From the NCBI RefSeq assembly GCF_009914755.1, contig NC_060942.1: a stretch of DNA of 64,000 nucleotides; one strand, given 5' to 3'. The notes under the pieces are model-generated. The model was not told the DNA's origin. It made no database searches and saw nothing but the letters and a program-made list of their open reading frames with translations. The position numbers and the translations under genes were made by a program. This document shows, one piece after another, positions 61,121 through 64,000 of this stretch. Positions within the stretch are counted from its first letter, which is position 1; every line of letters begins with the position of its first letter. Source of the stretch: the human T2T-CHM13v2.0 reference genome, Homo sapiens.

Positions 61121-64000
61121 GAAAACAAGTCTATTATGGAACATGGCTTGTTAGGAAATCTACTTGTAGTAGTTATTTCTTAAATTCCTTGCATTTCCAA
61201 CAGGAAAGTTGTAGAATATTCTGTTTGTTAAAGAGTTAAGTGAACCAGAGGATATGTATTGATTAAATTGCTAAAACTATAAGAATGAAGTGTTTCTTGT
61301 GCTAATAAGAAGGTGCCATCCTTATAGCTGTATTGCTACTAATGAAAATCAAATAGCCATGAGGCCACTTGTGAGCACAAGTGGGGAAGAGCACTGGCAC
61401 GTGGCGAATCATGCAAAATTGAACACAAATTCTGAGAAAAGTAAGTAATTGAAATGCCAATTCCTTTTACTCCAATCTTATCAAGAACTCAACTGTAATC
61501 TCTTCTTTTGTCTTTGTTAATCTGAATAACATGCACACACCAGAGAAATCAGGCTACACGTAACATACTAAAGATTATTTTAAGCTATTTTAATGTATTG
61601 ACCAGTTATAATTTATTTTACAAATTCTATATTGAAACCTAATGTAATAAAATAGCAGTTACCAAATAGAAGGCTTCGTTCAGCTGCTTTACAACAGCAC
61701 AGCAAACTCTTGGATGTAGCAGCCTTTGCTTTTCTCCTCTCATGTATAAAATGACTCAGGAGTTAGTAACTCCATAAATTATTTTCAGCTGTCACTGGAC
61801 CTGTTGATGAGCACCAGGAGCCTTCTCCTGGTACATGGTTCCAGGAATGATATTTATGGTAAGAAGGCAGAGAACCAAAGGGGAAGGAGTCTGAGTGGTC
61901 CCGAGTAGACCTCAAATAACTTTTAATCTAATTATCCTGATGATTCCTTCAAACTCCTGCACTTTGTATCTGATGACTCTGATCTCTTCTGGAAAGGGGC
62001 TTCTAGTGGGAGCTAGCTCTGTCAGCCTGACCTCGTCAGCTGTTTCTTCTCCGGGATACCTTCCAAATTTGTAGACTGCTGTTTGCTCCTTTACTATATT
62101 ATGGCATTATTATGCTGTCTCTCTCCCCATCCCTTACACAAACACACATGCGCGCACAGACACACACACTTATATATGTATATATACACATATATCAAAA
62201 AAGTCCCACACAATCCTCATTTCTTAATGGTACAATGAAAGCCAGCGTGCCAATCCTTTTGTGAGTTAATAGGCCTAAGAAAATTCTTCAGGTACTATTA
62301 GCAAATTCTAATCACGTCTCTCTTAGAATGAAGGTCCATCACATAACATTTACTTTACTGGAATTGAATACTATCAACTAAGCCAATACACAGACAAATC
62401 ATAAATGAAAACAACAAAAGAAAGAGAGAGAGAGAAATAGAAAGAAGGGGAGGATAATTCAATGGGTAGCTATAAGTTGTCCTGCCCTATTGAGCATCAA
62501 GCATTTGTCCACAAAGGATGAAGGCAATGACAGCAAAACAGTAAAAGATTTTTTTTGGAAAAATCTAAGAATAATGCATAAATAATTTTAATAATTTATC
62601 ACTATTGGCAGAGAAGTGAAGCACAATTGCTAAGGAGGGCAGGCAGTAGATTGTGAAGCCTTCAGGAAGAAGCTGAAAAAATAAGTGCCATGGAGAAACA
62701 TGGGTTAAAGAAGAGTTAGCAGATGGATACGGTTATGCACGGAATAAAAATACCTCTAATAGGAAAAACCATTAAATTGGAACCTTTATAAATTTGGTCA
62801 TATGTTTAAATAATAAAAACTTTCCAAGATTTTAATTTTGTATAGTAGTCCTCTATGGAATCACTTAATATGTATTTCTTTGTACATAGTGTACTTATTC
62901 TTAAATATTTCTTGTATTGGACTTCAGGAACAATACAATGTGTACTGTAATTTTGGGACAAAAGCTACAAAGATAATTTTAAACTCGTACATTTTTTCTT
63001 TTATATTGAATCCAGCACAAAATTACATCATGAATCTCAAAACCATTCTGACACAATTAAGAGTTATAATATTATGATGAATTAACATGAGAAAGATATT
63101 GATATCTTCTCATACTCATGAGAGAGAATAATGAAATTACATTTAAGGAGTAGTTGATAATGGATTATAGCAATTTTATTCAATATCAAATGACACATAA
63201 TTCTTAATAACTCTAAATTAGAAACACATCTTTCCTAATAATATTTTAGACCAAGGCTATATCTGCCCTATGCTAAACTATGATTGATAACTTAAATTAA
63301 GTCAAATAATTTAGGTTTAATATTTCAAGTAGTCAGACCATTCACAGATCAGTTCAATCTTAATAGTTAACTTTGTGATTCTAAATGGATAAAAAATATT
63401 ACCACCATTTCCAAAAAGATTCTTCAGTTTTTCTTACTGACATGTTTAAATTTTACATGATTTATTTAGTGAAGAATAAAACCATTTTAGAAATCTGAAA
63501 TATTTAGTATTTCTTGATACATCAAGCATTATGTTTTTATTTATTCTATATTATTTATTCATCAATTAATCTTGTTCATAATAGAATACTATGAGCTGTT
63601 ATTAGCAATTACCTTAATTGGCAGTTTACTTCAATATTTGTTGAAGGCACAGTAAGTTCTTCCAGCATCTATATATAAAATGCTGTTTTTTGTACTTCTC
63701 AGCTGACTTATGTTGCTCTTGTTTGGGGAAGAATTTATTTTGCTTTATTTTAAATGACACTGGCCTTTGATTTCAATGTCCTGAATATAGTGGAACACGT
63801 ATACAGGCATGAAGTTTTGACTTCACTGAAGTCAACTGAACTTATCGTCTTCTAGTAAAAGGCAAAATACATATATGATTAAGTAAGTCATAATTGACTA
63901 TTCTTTATTAAATTCTTTCTAAAAAATTTCAAAGTATATTTTTTTCTTGGATAAGGGATCCTACTCTTACTAATAAAAATTCACATCTCCCAGCTTTCTG

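Noticed and set aside
63810-63835. ttgacttca-c-tgaagtcaa palindrome
   Set aside because: An isolated 9-bp arm palindrome is plausible by chance in 64 kb of AT-rich DNA.

Overview
This is primate (human-like) genomic DNA: AT-rich, with no CpG island and no protein-coding gene that I can support. It reads as intergenic or deep-intronic sequence in which roughly half the bases are transposon relics. These include about 19 Alus (J, S, Y), young and old L1 fragments, L2 and MIR remnants, MaLR/ERVL/ERVK solo LTRs (MER11, THE1, MST, MLT1, MLT2), a near full-length hAT Charlie1-type DNA transposon with readable transposase motifs, a Tip100-type hAT fragment and a MADE1 MITE. Nearly all ORFs in the supplied track come from repeats or occur by chance. 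I found no evidence of a new multi-gene system. The most unusual signals are structural. (1) A MER11 LTR sits inside an AluY, and its 5' end is replaced by a 126-bp inverted copy of DNA lying 1.5 kb downstream plus a snap-back junction. (2) A MIR-derived 6 x 60-bp VNTR multiplies AP-1 and HIF-type motifs and has a higher-order dimer pattern. (3) Three further short local duplications of 130-215 bp occur. (4) A signal-peptide-like 43-nt candidate exon lies next to the VNTR. (5) Several AT-rich or alternating purine-pyrimidine palindromes are present. Repeat subfamily names are from recalled consensus sequences and need RepeatMasker/Dfam confirmation. Boundaries of old repeats are approximate.
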